NCBI RefSeq assembly: GCF_009914755.1 | Contig: NC_060925.1 | DNA from: the human T2T-CHM13v2.0 reference genome, Homo sapiens | Length of the DNA stretch: 64,000 bases | Strand: one strand, 5' to 3' | Part shown: piece by piece, positions 34,812 to 47,104 of the stretch | Layout of the letters: each line of letters begins with the position of its first letter | Numbering within the stretch: position 1 is the first letter of the stretch | Position numbers and translations under genes: made by a program | The notes under the pieces: generated by a model | What the model was told of the DNA's origin: nothing | The model's input: only the letters and a program-made list of their open reading frames with translations | Databases searched by the model: none

Positions 34812-35082
34812 GGCCAGGCACAGTGGCACACGCCTGTAATTCTAGCAGTTTGGGAGGCTGAAGCAGGCAGATCACTTGAGCCCAGGAGTTCACAACCAGC
34901 CTGGGCAACATGGCAAAACCCATCTCCACAAAAAATACAAAAATTAGCTGGGAGTGGTGGCAGGCACCTGTAGTCCCAGCTACTCAGGAGGCTGAGGTGG
35001 GAGGATCACCTGAGCCCAGGAAGTCTAGGCTATGCTGAGTGGTGACCGTGCCTGGGTGCTACAGTGAGAACCTGTCTCAAAA

Positions 35083-35120
<38 letters not shown>
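34812..35120 (+). mobile_element. AluJ
   Basis: GGCCAGGCACAGTGGCACAC... dimer with a poly-A/(AAAAG)n tail. Confidence 0.88.
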
Positions 35121-38100
35121 GAATTTGGTTGCACAGTTGGCCATATTTTTGTAATATGCATGTAAAATCATTTTAAAATCTGTCTTGGGAGCCTCATCAT
35201 AAATTTTTAAAAATCCATACATACATATAAAATGCAATTGATATATGGTCCATTAAATACCAAGAATCAGCTTGACAGAATTTACCCCCAGATTAAACTG
35301 AGCTACCCAATAGGTATGGAATCCTCTAACAAGGTTCATCACAATGGTGTATTAGGAAGAGCACCAGAAAGACCAAGAAACTTGAGTCCCTGCCCCACCC
35401 AGAGTGATGCTGTATAAGGTCACTTTAATTATCTGTGCCTCAGTTTCCGGAGCCATAAAAATGAAAGTATAGCATTAGATGAACTCTGAATAGCTTTATA
35501 GCTCTTCCAGAGCTAATATTTATGATTCTGCAAGTTAAAATCTACGGAGTATCTACTTCATATATAGATGGCATCATAAGTGAAAGACATGATTATACAT
35601 ACATAGTTCATGTCCTCAAAAGTTTGATAATTGGAAGATAAAACATTCAAACAGCATTTCAACTAAGACAAAATTTGGGCTAAGCTCCATTATTGGAAAA
35701 ATACTGTCCTCCTTCCCCTCCCATCCCCTAGTCCCCCAAATACAGTCAGAAGCTTTCTAATATAGATTCCAATATACATGTAAAATCCTCCTAAAATCTG
35801 TCTTGGGAATCTCCCTAATTATAAATTTTTTTAAATCCATCCATATATATATAGGAATTATCTAATATAGGGAAGAAAAATTATCATTTGCAATTCTAGT
35901 GTTTTCTTCTAGTAAATCTTTTTACTTTCCTCTCATAATATTTAGAAATGAGAAATACCTGTAGTTGGTGATAGAGTACTGAAAAGAAACAGAACTAAAA
36001 AACACATCAACAAGTCAAGAAGCATATATTAATTTTATCTACCCATTAGTATTCAAAGATTACTTGGCAGAGAAAATGAGTTTACATCTAATTTGATTAA
36101 AGACTATGATGCTATAATAAAATCTGTAAACATTTGAGTTATTTAATTTGGCATTTTAAACAAATGAAAGGTGATGTTAATGGGCCAGTCAATACACTTT
36201 TATTAACTTGATGCTATGGAAATTATTGTACCAAATTTTGCAAATTTAGAATTATCACTGTTAACTGTAATAATAGGTACAAACAAGAAAAACACTAGAA
36301 GTGTTGCAGAATTAGGAAAGTTTAAATAAAAGGTATTTTTAGAATGCCACAATAAGTTTTTCTTATGTGAAAATCACTTTCAAAAGTGTAGCAGGGGTTG
36401 TTTGAAAGATTAAATGAATACAGGTAAAGCACATAGAACAGTGCCTGGCACATGGCAACTGCTTACCAGGCATTGGTTAGCATTAACTCTAAACTGAATC
36501 TAATCCTATCCCATGTAAAAGATCAGGACAAAGTATTTGTTGTCGGAAGATTCAGGACTATCTTTCCAAAAGAAGGTATGCTGTGTGACCAGGATTTAAA
36601 ATACTGATGCACATGCTGAAACCTGGAGTAACACAAATCTTCTAACAAAAATTAATTGTATTATTAATGCATATTAACTTAAAAATAAAAATGCCAGTCA
36701 GATCACAAGACTGATTTGCTCAAAATGAAAATGGTTTTTCAGTTCTTGCATTTTGTTGCTCAAATCTAAGATAGTTTTAAATTTTTCTTTTTAACACTTC
36801 AAAACTTAATCACACTATAAAGACAAGCTCCTATCAAATCATGCTAAGCATCCAACTAACAAGTTGTTAACAGTGATTGCCTTACCTTCCCAAGGACAAA
36901 TTCTTGAACTAAAAGATATAATAACAAAAGAAAACATAGCTATCTTTTCACGAAAATACACAAAGTTTAAGTAAAGGCTAAACTTCTACAAAATCAATTT
37001 GTAAAACAGGTTCCTCATTTTAAAGAAACCCAGATAGCTGGAAATTTCCACTGAATTTTTATGAGAAAATTTCTGATGTTTACATCAAAAGCTACAGCTT
37101 AAAAAATAAGTCCTTACTTTCCACAAGTCTCTATGCTAAGTCCATTTGTTCCCTAGTAAGTTTAATCAACACGTTTATTTAGATTTGCAGTGATTCTGAA
37201 AACAGATTCCTTCTGACAGTGATTTTCTGAATGAAATGTAAATATTAAAAGTTTTTAATTAAACCAGCACACAGTTCACACTCCAGTATTTGTTAAATAT
37301 AATCTTATTTAAAATATTTTACAGCTATGAAATTAATTTTTAAAAAGTCCAAAGCAAAACCTTAAAGTACTCTGACATATACAATTTAGAGTCGATGTCA
37401 AGATTATTAAGCCAAAAATTAATTTTAAATTGGAAAACAATTCACTCCAGTAATAATTATGGAAAGAAAACCAAATGAATACAAATAATAATTTCACAAT
37501 TTTTGCAGGATTACTTTGGACTATTTTTAAAACGCTGTAAGAAAACATGCTGCAAAACCACAATGCAAATACACAACTGAAAACTAAAACCCTACATTCA
37601 TCTAAATTTCAACAGTCTCATTCATGTAATATTTGTCCTCCCTCACTTTAAAACTGGAACCTCAAGCCAATCAAAGATATTGGGGTCAACCCTAGTAAGG
37701 AAAACAAAAAGATCTTCAAGTACCATCTCCCTGTAAACTTTCAAGTACTATCTCCTTGGTAAACTTTCCAAGTCAAGATAATGTACTGGCAAAAGGAAAA
37801 CAATTACAGTCCGGATATATATCTTGCATATAATTGTGCATTAAGTCATAAACCTTGGAAAACTAGTAACTTAGTAATAAGTTGCTATTTTAATTATAAA
37901 ATATTTTCATGTTTTAGACAACCACCCCCGGAATGTTTGTATTCGTTTATACATATTTTGCAAGTGATACTCAAGTTCTGAAGACTAATCTTCATTTCCT
38001 ACACCATCTTTATTAGACTCTTCCACCTTCGTTTTCCTAAGTAAATACATAACCTAAACCAATGAGTTTCACTCATTTGTCAGCTTCAACCACTGACAAA

Positions 38101-39538
38101 ACCCAGTGGTTGCCTAGTGATGTATAGTTCTACTAAAAGATATATATGACCATGCTTTACCAAATACGGAACACATGTCTAAACTGTTGAGACAACTGCC
38201 AATGTATTAACTACAAAAAGCCATTATTTTTTACTTTAGCCTCAACTAAAATCAAAGTGTGAACACTTTATTATGGCTAGAAATTACCCAATATAGATGC
38301 ATAGGTTTCACTGTTGACTTTCTATTTGGAAACTTCATCAATTGCAAACTACCAGGCTTTCAACCAAAATGCCACATTGGTGAAATGAGTTGGTTTTATT
38401 TTCATAACAACATTATTTTGATGGAAGAAATGTGAGCATCCCAGCTTTGACTTGTGGGTAAGCATTTCCTCTGCTTTCAGAACATAAACAGTAAATACCG
38501 GTATTGGAAAAACCTGGCCCCAACGAGATTCTTTATCTCTAGGCTAACTGTAGATTCCCGGGAAATCCCAAACAAGGGATGGTGACCCCGCCTCGGCGTC
38601 AGGGTCAACACAGCAACCAGCTAGGCTTCAACTTTGGGCTCTGAAGGGCCCCACCGGCATCATGGCTGATGCGGACCGATGCGCCGGAGGAGGTGGACAA
38701 GGAAGAGGCTGGTCTGTTTACTTGCAGCCAGAGCTGCCGCCGCCGCCAGCAGCGACAGCATCACTGGATCAGCCAAACCCAGCATCTTCCGCACATTTCT
38801 ATTCTTAGCACACAACTCCCAAGCGGATCAAAACCCCACTACTATTAAAAACACAGACAAGCACGTTACCCACCTCCCACACACACACCCCCCCCCACCC
38901 CACCAGTGCCGTCTTTTCCTGCGCGCCAGTGGCGGGGAAGGGTGGGGGAAGGAAGGAGACCCCGGGGACGCCTGTGCATCCTCGCCTTCACCCCACCCCA
39001 CGCGCAGACAGCCTCAGCGCCAGGGCGCGCGGCAGACGGCTCCCTCCCCCCAACCCAAACACACTGACACCGGCGCTCCACGCGTTATATAACCTCGCCG
39101 CCGCCCCCGGTCCAGGCGGGCGCCCCCTCCCCACGCCGCGCGGCCCGGGCGGGGAGGGGCGAGGGGAAGGAGCGAGAGTTGCGCAGACAGCAGGCGCCGG
39201 GCCGGGGCAGCCCAGACACAGACGGTACCGCTAGGCCGGGAACACCCCTCCCCCGGCCCGCTGCGCACCGCCGCCCCCCAGCTTTCCCCGGAAAGCGGGG
39301 GGTGTCGGTGTCAACCGCGCTGGGCATCCCCCGGCCTCCACACCCACACCCGAAGCCTCCGGTGACCCAGCCCCCGCCCACGCCCCCGGCGCGGTGACAA
39401 CCCAGAAGCCCCCGCCTCACCCCACCCCGCCGCCATCCCCCGCCTGAGGGAGGCAGGGAGGGCGGACCGGGGCCCGGGGCCCGGAGGGAGTGGAGGCCAG
39501 GCGGGGAGGGGGCTAGAGTTGGGGGCGGTGGCTGTTAC

Positions 39539-39742
39539 CTGCAACGGCGGCGGCGGCGGTGGCGGCCCCGCAGCTGCTCGGGCGGCGGCGGAGGATGGAG
39601 CCGGGGGGGGGGCGGGGGGAGGAGAGGGGGCGACTCGGGGGTCCCCCCTCCCTCCTCCTCCCCTCCTGTCCTCCCCCCACCCCACAGAGCCTCTGGCCTC
39701 CTGGAGCCCGGTGCGGCCGGCGGGAGGGCAAGCGAAGGGCTG
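39539..39742 (-). other. AKT3: AKT3 non-coding exon 1 (3' boundary firm, TSS approximate)
   Basis: Strong donor GTTGCAG|GTAACA (GT at 39538-39537) inside the CpG island. The 5' end is placed from my recollection of the ~200-nt RefSeq exon and is not derivable from the sequence. Confidence 0.75.
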
Positions 39743-39795
39743 CAGGGGAGGGAGGGAGGGAGCCGGCCGGGCCGGGCCGCGGAGCTGGAGCGGGA

Positions 39796-39822
39796 GGCGG
39801 CGGCGGCGGCGGCGGCGGCGGC
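39796..39822 (+). repeat. (GGC)9 / (GCC)9 trinucleotide repeat at the AKT3 TSS region
   Basis: Nine uninterrupted GGC units read directly. Confidence 0.95.
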
Positions 39823-40138
39823 GGGAGGGGGAGGGAGGAGAGAGGGCGGCGGCGGGGAGAGGAGGAGGCGGAGACTCTACATGGGAATCGGATATCGGCT
39901 ACAAATTCATCACCAGAAAACACCGCTCGGGCGGGGGCCGGGTCACGCCGGCGGGGCGGCGGCTCTGGGCCCCGGGGCGCGCCCGGCGCGGGGAGGGGTT
40001 CTGCGGCCTCCTCCCGGGCTGCGCCTCGCTGAGGGGACCCCCCGCCGCCTCCCCGCCCCCTCCTTCCTCCCGCTCGGGGCCGCCGCCGATCGGTTCTCGC
40101 CGTCGCCGCGGGGCTTGTTGTTGACTTTGAGGAAAACT

Positions 40139-40150
40139 CCTGACGTCAGG
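40139..40150. promoter_or_regulatory. Full CRE (TGACGTCA) within the 12-bp palindrome CCTGACGTCAGG
   Basis: Exact consensus at 40141-40148 in the promoter island. Function not shown. Confidence 0.6.
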
Positions 40151-40396
40151 GGCTGGCTCTCGGCGACTGGCGGGAGCGGCTTCCCCGCGTCCCCGGCCCT
40201 GCCCGCCGCCTCTGCTCCCCTCCCTGCCCGGCCCTCGTCCTCAGGCTTCCCCGCGCCCCCAAACCAGCGGTGCCCCGCGCCCCCTCTCCTCTCGCGAGAA
40301 CATCCCCCTAGCCAGCCAGAGCCGGGAGCGGGGGCAGTCGCTCCCGGGCGGGAAGTTCTGGGTTTCCCCCTCGCCCGCGTGGCCCTTGGCGGGCAC

Positions 40397-40582
40397 CCGA
40401 GGCCCGGGAGCGGAGGCTCCTCGCCCAGCCGCTTCCTCGGCGCATCCGCCCACCCGCCCTGGCCGCGGACGCGCGCGCCGCCAGGCCCCGGGCGTCTCCT
40501 CCAGTCCGCCGCGGCCCCTTGGGGAGATGGGCCCGGCGCGAGGGCTCGCACCTGGAAGCCCACGAAGTGGGCGGTGCCCAAT
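40397..40582 (-). other. AKT3: Possible upstream alternative first exon of AKT3
   Basis: The minus strand starts ATTGGGCACCGCCCACTTCG, with candidate donors CAG|GTGCGA (~40551) and TCGG|GTGCCC (GT 40396-40395). It resembles my unverified recollection of an upstream AKT3 transcript start. Confidence 0.3.
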
Positions 40583-42481
40583 GAGGTAGGGACCGGAGAG
40601 CGCGGAGCAGTCCAGAAGCCGACCCCACCCCCTGCACCTCGGGGAAGAGGGAACCCGGGTCAGCCCGTAGCAAGAATCATTCCTGACTATCCCAGGAGAC
40701 CACGGCAGACCAAAAACACCTCTCTGAACAGCCTTCCGCACCGCTCGCTGCAAGCATTCGTCCACACACGGTACACAGATTGCGGGCGGATCGTAATTCA
40801 CTCTTGAAATCACACCCTTTTTAGGGATATTCGTTTTCAATGACTTTGGGAAAGCCACGAGGTACTACATTTACTACGAAGAGACCGTTTCTTTATTTTG
40901 AAGTCAGTGACTCCTGAGACTGCATTGGGGACAACTTTTTTGCACAATGACCATATTTTACCATGCAGCGCACTTCAGAAAATTATAAAAGTTTACAAGT
41001 TTTATCGCTTCTGGAAACACCTGGGCAGCATCCCTATTATCCCGCCACGTGGCTCTAGCCTTGTTGATGTACCTGTTACTTTCTCCCACTGCAACATTTT
41101 TGTTAATGTCTGTGGCTTCTTTCTGCAGAAGAGTTCCTCCTCCTGACATGCACTTCATTCTCTGCTTTTCTATGTCTTGACAACTCTCTTATGGTAGTCA
41201 TTTTCTTATACTGTAGCCCCCTGGTATTTATGTACTGTGTGGTATTAATATTTATACTTCCAGGTTCACATCTTTTATGAACTGTGCATCTGTTGGGATT
41301 GTGGACAGGAGTAGGAAACCAAATAAAAGGGTTTTTTAAAAAAGTCAGTTTTCTCCGTTTGTAAGGGAAACTTGTTTCCCTGACCACCCTGGAGCAAAAT
41401 TTGCCATTTTAAGATAACACAGTCCGAGAGAAAGTCCTGCACCATGCCTTTCCCCTTTTCCCATATTTCCCAGCATGCTATGAGCTGATGAGTAAACAGA
41501 CTTTGTCCTATTTTCGTTGTATCTATAAAATATACATAATGTATTCCCATAATTATCAGACCTCTCACAGTCACTATTGGTAAAATTATTGGGTTACAGG
41601 TTTCTTGCTGTAAAACACAAAAATAGGTCATATTTTTATTCCATAGTACCCCAACTTGCTTTTTATTTTTAAGAAAATAGTCCCTTATGACACCAGCACT
41701 AAAAAGAGTGTCTGAAACTTTAAATACTTAACTTTTGAGAGTCAGAGTATCCGGAATTACTGAATTACTAGATATCTCTTATCAGTGAGATGTTCATTTG
41801 TTCCCAAATTTAACATCAATATATTTACAAGAACTGAATGTGTCTTATGAGCCATACTACCTCAAAATATTTCTCCCAGTCTGGTCAGATTGCATTAAAT
41901 CTTAGGTGGATTAAACCCTAAAATTCAGTATGTGAGAATGGATTATATACTCTCGGCTTCATGTATTTGAAGAATTATAAGTTTTTATTTCTGTTCAATT
42001 TTTGCTTGTGGACTATAGTAGTTTCATAAGTTTCCATAATAAAAGCATGTTTGATTTTGTTATTGAATTACTATTGATTAGGGATATTATTTATTTAAAT
42101 AACGTTGTTCTTTCTCTTAGACTATGCCGGTATGAATTTGGTAGAATCTGCCGATTGTGGTATGTCGGTACTCCATACAGAGTGTGTGGTAGATTTCTTC
42201 TCTATTTTGTTATCACATCCAGTAATATGGAGTGCAGCCAGCATGTTCATCCCTGGGAATGTCCCTCCTAAATTTTGCAAAGAAAGCCTTCATTCTTTAT
42301 TACACCAAATATTCTTAAGATTAACATTTCTCAGTATTAGTTATTTATTCATTTTAAGAAAAATGTTCATTCTTCTTTACTACCAATGACTAAGTTTGAT
42401 ACTGAGCTATTTCTTGGTACTTCCCCCATTTCTTGGGAGTAACTAAAACTGGAAGGATATTTAGAATTTCAGAGCATCTAA

Positions 42482-43030
42482 TGTCTTAGTCCATTCAGGC
42501 TGCTATAACAAAATACCATCAACTAGGTAGCTTATAAAGAACAGAAATTTATTTCTCACAGTTCTGGAGGCTGGGAAGTCCAAGATCATGGCACCAGCAG
42601 ATTTGGTGTCTAAAGAGGGTTCCGTTTCCTGGTTTGTAGGTGGTGACTTCTTGCTGTGTCTTCACATTTTAGAAAGAGTGAGGGAACTCTCTTGGACCTC
42701 TTTTTCTTTTTCTTTGTTGTTTTTTTTTTTTTTTTTTTTTTTTTTAGAGACAGTGTCTCATTCTGTCACCCAGACTGGAGTGCAGTGGCATGATCATAGC
42801 TCACTGTAGCCTGGAACTCCTAGGCTCAGGCAACCCTCCTGCCTCAGCCTCCTGAGTAGCTGAGACTACCAGCATGAGTTAATGTTCCCAGCCATCTTGA
42901 GCCTCTTTTATAAGGGCACTAATCCCATTCTTGAGGGCTCAAACCCTCATGACTTAATCACCTCCCAAAGGCCCCATCTACTAACACACTTTGGAAGTTA
43001 GGATTTCAATCTATGAATTTGGGGAAACAC
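42482..43030 (-). mobile_element. MST/MLT1A-type MaLR LTR with an AluJ fragment inserted (~42700-42895)
   Basis: TGTCTTAGTCCATTCAGGCTGCTATAACAAAATACC...GTTCTGGAGGCTGGGAAGTCCAAGATCA...ATTCAGACCA. Confidence 0.8.
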
Positions 43031-43775
43031 AAAAATTCAGACCAGGGCATCACATAACAAAAATTAAGTTACTGCTCTTCTGTCTTAATAGAAAGGGTGT
43101 GTCATCCTAGGAGAGGGCATGGAACAAAGCAGACACAGAATACCTGTTTGTGGAAGAAATACATGTTCTAATGTTCTAATGACGGCTCTAATAAATCTGT
43201 GTACTATGTACAGTTTATATAGTATTTTCCTCTTGGGATGTAACGTGATTTATTGGAAAGAACATAAAAGTGCTTTGGAGACTTGCAGACCAGAGTTCAA
43301 ATCCTCTCTCTGCAGAGTTTGTCTCATCTCAGGCAAGTTACTTAATTTTTCTAAGCCTTATATTTCCTTATTTGTGAAATGGCAGTTACAACTACTTCAA
43401 CAACTTATGTGAATTAAATTTTATGAAATATTAGTATCTAAAACACAGTGAGTGGTCAGCAAGCTAAGATTCCTTTACCATAAATGTGAATATATTTATG
43501 TTAAACTAACAATAGCTGCTACAAACAAATACAAAAATCTATATTGGCATTCTCTGCCACAGTTGGTTCTGAAATAACCACGTTAAGTCTACAGCTGTAA
43601 TTAGTGAATATATTCTAGATGATTAATAGAACAATTTCTAAAGGAGTATAGCTTAAATTTCTGTTGGTTAAGCCTCCCAATCTGTGATATTTTTCTTACA
43701 GCATCCCAAACTGACTAAGGCACACAGTTCATTACAATAGTTATCAGTACTAATTGTCTTTTTCTCCCTTTCCCT

Positions 43776-44071
43776 GATGTCTGTCTGTCTGTCTGTCTGT
43801 CTGTTTTTCTTTTTTTTTTTTTTTTTTTTAGACAGAGTCTGGCTCTGTCACCAGGCTGGAGTGCAGTGGCATGATCTCGGCTCACTGCAACTCCACCTCT
43901 CGGGTTCAAGTGATTCTCCTGCTTCAGCCTCCCGAGTAGCTGGGATTACAGGCGCCTGCCACCACGCCCAGCTAATTTTTGTATTTTTAGTAGAGATGGG
44001 GTTTCCCCATGTTGGCCAGGATGGTCTCGATCTCCTGACCTCGTGATCCGCCCATCTCAGCCTCCCAAAGT
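43776..44071 (-). mobile_element. 5'-truncated AluSc-like element with (TCTG)n at the tail
   Basis: Reverse Alu with TSD CCTGATGTCT. Confidence 0.88.
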
Positions 44072-46006
44072 CCTGATGTCTTTCTTAAGGCACAGGCCAG
44101 GTGCCTGTACAAGAACATATGAGCATAGCCAAGGGCCAGATATATCACTAATCTGGTGCTGTGTGAATCTGGGTTACTTAAAGCCCTGTGGAAACCTCCC
44201 TCTTATTTTGTTCTCAGGTTTTATTTTTTTGCTATGTTATTAGAGTATGAATGAATTTTTTTTGTTCATATTCTCATTGTCAGACGGCTAAATCTGTTAG
44301 CAACTTAAGCAATCTCTGGACATTACATTTAATATTTCAGGACACTTGGGTCACAAAAAGTTACTGACCACTAATAAATAACTGCTTGTGGAGCATCGAG
44401 CTAGAATTCATGTTCTAATTCCAAAGCAACAAGCATACACAATTATTATTCCTGGCTGTGCAGGAGAATCGTGGTATGTGATAAATTAATACATATTATA
44501 ATCCTACAGCCTCATTTTAGTATGTAATGTTAACTTCCTGAGGTGGTGTGCATTTCTAGTTGTTTCTGAATCAGCTCTGTGGGGATTGGACTTTCCCATG
44601 CAACAGCTAGCAGTGAAATAACAACAGTAAATTTCCAACCTTCACCTGGATAATTACCTCAACTTCTTCCTCGGTTATCTCATGTAAATACTGTCCTGTT
44701 CCAGAAAGTTTCCCCATCCATTTTAAAACACAGTTTCTTCTGCCAATCAAAACACTTTCACAATTAACTGAAAAGTTTCAAATCTACATCTCACTATTTT
44801 AACCCTCTATGAAGTCCTTCAATTGTTGATTCTGTGCTATTTTGTTAAATAATACTGGCTTTTTATAGTAGGAGAAAATCAGTCTCAGAATTTTTCTGTT
44901 GACTAGACAGAACTATGACCATTTTAAATTGCAAACACTATCTCGATTCAGTAATTGGATTTGAATCAAAGCTCTGAATTTGATTTAGAATTCAAACTTT
45001 GTAGTGGGGAAAGCAGGCAGGCTCAGCTTCTCTATTTCTCTATCTTATTTTCCTCTTCCACTCCACAAGTCAGTCTCTGGGTGAAGGACAAAACAGTTCT
45101 TACCCAGCTGGTACCGCTGTCAGCCAGCTTTGCACTCTCTCAGCCTAGCACACAGAACCAGCTACATGATTTGCAAGGCCCAGTGCATAATGAAAATGCT
45201 GGGCCCCTTGCTGGAGAAGAGTTAAGAATTTAAAACTTTTTGAGAGCAGAGCGTTAAGCCAAGTACACAAGCCTGTATTCCGTACAGGTAGCATGCCCAT
45301 GAGGCTGCCGGCATGTGCTTCATGCTAGCTGTCCAGGGGCTTTTCGGAGAGTTGCTTCTGGGCTACCCTAACTGCAATCTCTGCGATGTGGGTAATGCAC
45401 CCTTACCTTCAGCTGGCGCTCCTGATGGCCCCTCAGCTTTAGTTTCTTCAGTCCTATTGGAGTCTTCTCACCCCTCTGGGAGAAAGTCTCATAGGCGCAA
45501 CTCCAGATGGCTCCAGGCAAGTTCTCTCCCTCCCATAGGACTCTGGGCTACAGAAAACATTGAAACATTCTTTGCCCAGCAGGCCATTCTCTTCCAAGCA
45601 GTTGGGCAGCCTGTTTCCCAGTTTTCTGAATGGGAGTCAGATCCCAGTCCACAAAATGCCCCTGCCCTGCATCCAACCCCCATTGCAGGAAACACATTCC
45701 AAGCTCTCCACACAATCAATGGAAACCCGTGGAAGTCCCCGGCATGAGCCGAAGAAACATCCTCCATTTTCTCTGCACAGGAGGTGATGAGTGCAAGTCT
45801 CCCTTCCACAAACCTATCTTGAATTTTCTCCACTATTGTATATGTTTTAAGTGGATGAGAGTATTTGAGTCATAGATTTGGTTTTGAATTCTTTCCTTCA
45901 TAATAGTGACCAAGCTTGAAATTTCATACTTTTGTATCTTGAGATCTCAGTTGAAACTTCAATTTAAAATTCCTATTAAAAAGCATATTCTCTTGCCTCA
46001 TTCAAA

Positions 46007-46308
46007 ATGCAGTGGCTCATGCCTGTAATCCCAGCATTTTGGGAGGCCAAGGCAGGAGAATCACTTGAGCTCAGGAGTTCAAGACTAGCCTGGGCAACAT
46101 AGCAAAACCTTATCTCTACTAAAGTTATTTTTTTTAATTATCCAGGCATGGTGGTTCACGCCTGTAGTCCCAGCTATTGGTGGTTGAAGGGGTTAAGGTG
46201 AGAGGATAACTTGAGCCCGGGTGGTTGAGGCTGCAGTGAGCTATGATTGCACCACTGCACTGCAGCCTGGGTGACAGAGCACGTCTCTATCTCAAAAAAA
46301 GACAAAAA
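46007..46308 (+). mobile_element. AluJ
   Basis: Alu dimer with J-type GATCACTTGAGC/GAGCCC diagnostics. Confidence 0.85.
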
Positions 46309-46739
46309 AATCTTCTCTATGCTGTAACTATTTTCTCTGTTGCTTATTTAGATGTGTGCTCACATGTATTAAAAAATTATCAGCTATTACTGAATAAGAT
46401 ATTTAACAGGTGTTCAAGGCACAAAATTAATTAAAATAGTGTCTTCTCTACATATTTGTATTTCTGTTTGATAAATATGTTCCAACAAATTGCCTTTTTC
46501 ATACATTATTACCTACGTTACTATTAAATATTTTTAGAGACTCTTGCCCTTAGCTAATTTCTCAAATTTTTTATTAAGCAATTTAAAGTTGAACCCTTTG
46601 AAATTTTATCTCAGAAGATGCTATGATATAGATGCCACAAAATCAAGTATAAAAAAGGATAAATGTACAATTTGTATGAGAGTCGGTCACTTGCACAAAG
46701 GTCATGCTGAGCTATGAAAACCTCTAGATGCAGGCATGA

Positions 46740-47104
<365 letters not shown>

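Larger units (their letters stand above)
38560..40800. promoter_or_regulatory. CpG island / AKT3 promoter
   Basis: Abrupt shift from AT-rich, CpG-depleted DNA to very GC-rich, CpG-dense DNA with many GGGCGG boxes surrounding exon 1. Confidence 0.95.

Noticed and set aside
38679-40858. Many long overlapping ORFs (up to 308 aa) on both strands in the CpG island
   Set aside because: They are Pro/Gly/Arg/Ala low-complexity products expected from stop-codon depletion in very GC-rich DNA. They have no recognisable domain, and several use non-ATG starts.
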